This document shows, piece after piece, positions 62,701 to 64,000 of a DNA stretch of 64,000 nucleotides. The translations under genes were made by a program, and so were the position numbers. Below the pieces are notes generated by a model. That model searched no databases, was not told where the DNA came from, and worked only from the letters and a program-made list of their open reading frames with translations. Where the stretch lies: contig CM069140.1 in the NCBI GenBank assembly GCA_035221665.1, positions 54,870,001 through 54,934,000 on the forward strand, read 5' to 3'. Source of the stretch: Okamejei kenojei (lineage: Eukaryota). Numbering within the stretch: position 1 is the first letter of the stretch; every line of letters begins with the position of its first letter.

Positions 62701-63200
62701 CAAGGCGCCTGCCCGTATGCCCATCAATAATTATTGTCTAAGCAATAATTTGCAGTATTCAATGAACCCACTAGTACGTTTGGAATGTAGGTGGAAAGCA
62801 AACCACCAGGGAAAATCCACATGGCCCCAAAGAGAAGTGGCAAACTCCACATGTAAGTTTAACATTGTGACACCTGAAGTGAACCTGCTCAAAAGGTTAG
62901 AAAGATATCTTTCTAATGGATTTTTTTTCAGACAAGATAAATAGTCGTTAATAATTTTATATCAACAATAAAAAAATATCATGCTCTGGGTTTCAACTTG
63001 ACATACACCTTCTTTGCCCTGTAAGTACTTCCAGTCAGACCCTAGCTCTGATCAATATATATTCAGGACAAAACATTAACACTTGACATCAAAGAACCAG
63101 GATCATTGCTTCCATTCCCGTAGAATGACACATATCCATATTCTATTCTACTAAATAGTGTCAGAAAGCTTCATTCACAACTTTTGCATTTTAATTTTAA

Positions 63201-64000
63201 CTAGACTAAGTGCAGACCCGTTAGGTCAGCTCCCCAACACAATATTCTACCACTCACCCATTCCCCCAACGCAACCCGTTCCCACAATACAATATTCCAC
63301 CATTCATGCATAGCCCCCAACATGGCTCATTTCCCCTCATCCCCCAGCACTCCCACCCCTTCCTCTTCACCCTCCCTCTTCTTTCCCCTCTCCTTCTCCC
63401 CTAATCCCTCTCTCACCTCTCCCTCCCTCCCTCCATAACTCTTCTTCCCTCCCTACCCCATTCATATCCCTCTATCCCCCACTCCTCACCTCTCCTATTC
63501 CCTCACTATCCCTCCTGACCTCCCCCACTGCCCTCCTGTCCCTCTATTCCCCACTCCCTACCTACCCCACTCCCCCTCCTCTCCCTCTATTCCCCCTCCT
63601 CCCCCACTCTGTCTCCTCACCTCCCCCACTTTCCCCCTCTCCCTCACTACCCCCCTCCTCTCACTCAATACCCCACTCAGCCTCTTCACCTCCCCATGAT
63701 CTTTCCCCTCTCCTCCTCCCTCCCCCAATCCCTCCCTCACCTCTCCCTTCCTCTCCTTTCCCCTACCCTCAGTCACTACCTCTCTCTCTCCATCCATAAA
63801 AAGCCGTATCCACAGTTCCTTCCTCCACAGGTCATTCATTGTTAGCTGTGGTTTAGATCCCATTGACTTGACGATTGGACCAGTTTGCATCGTTTGTGTG
63901 TGTGTGCGAGTTACTCAAAGTCCGTGCAAACTGCTCATCCATCCTGCAACCCAACTCTCCCTCCTTCCCTCTGCCCACTCCAGCTCAGCCGCAGCTCCCC
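63201..64000 (-). mobile_element. 3' end of a non-autonomous Helitron (same 3' end family as 19181..19964), probably running out of the window
   Basis: Minus strand ends GACCTAACGGGTCTGCACTTAGTCTAG|T; GGTRGAATATTGTGTTGGGG matches 19894-19913. Confidence 0.75.
63340..63795. repeat. C/T-rich low-complexity tract
   Basis: Nearly G-free polypyrimidine run of short CCCT/CTC units. Confidence 0.9.

Noticed and set aside
63558-63890. Gly/Glu/Arg-rich ORF
   Set aside because: Translation of the low-complexity purine tract.

Overview
Eukaryotic, repeat-dominated intergenic or intronic DNA with no confidently identifiable host gene. The repeat content (many CR1 LINEs with microsatellite tails, tRNA-headed V-type/HE1-like SINEs with CR1-derived tails) points to a cartilaginous fish, most likely a skate or ray; this is an inference. 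The window holds three large CR1 LINE pieces (one nested in another), many CR1 3' fragments, Rex/Babar and L1 remnants and a full-length but inactivated Tc1 (DD34E) transposon. It also holds two DIRS-type tyrosine-recombinase retrotransposons with readable ITR/ICR termini, three non-autonomous Helitron copies and Penelope-like remnants. The most interesting signals are: (i) a dispersed family of ~150-220 bp Penelope-derived, often palindromic mini-elements with 12-17 bp target duplications that carry a minimal hammerhead-ribozyme core; (ii) a DIRS element with near-perfect termini around a ruined interior, suggesting a non-autonomous lineage; (iii) two Helitrons inserted 3 bp apart. All alignments were done by eye, so boundaries of degraded repeats are approximate.
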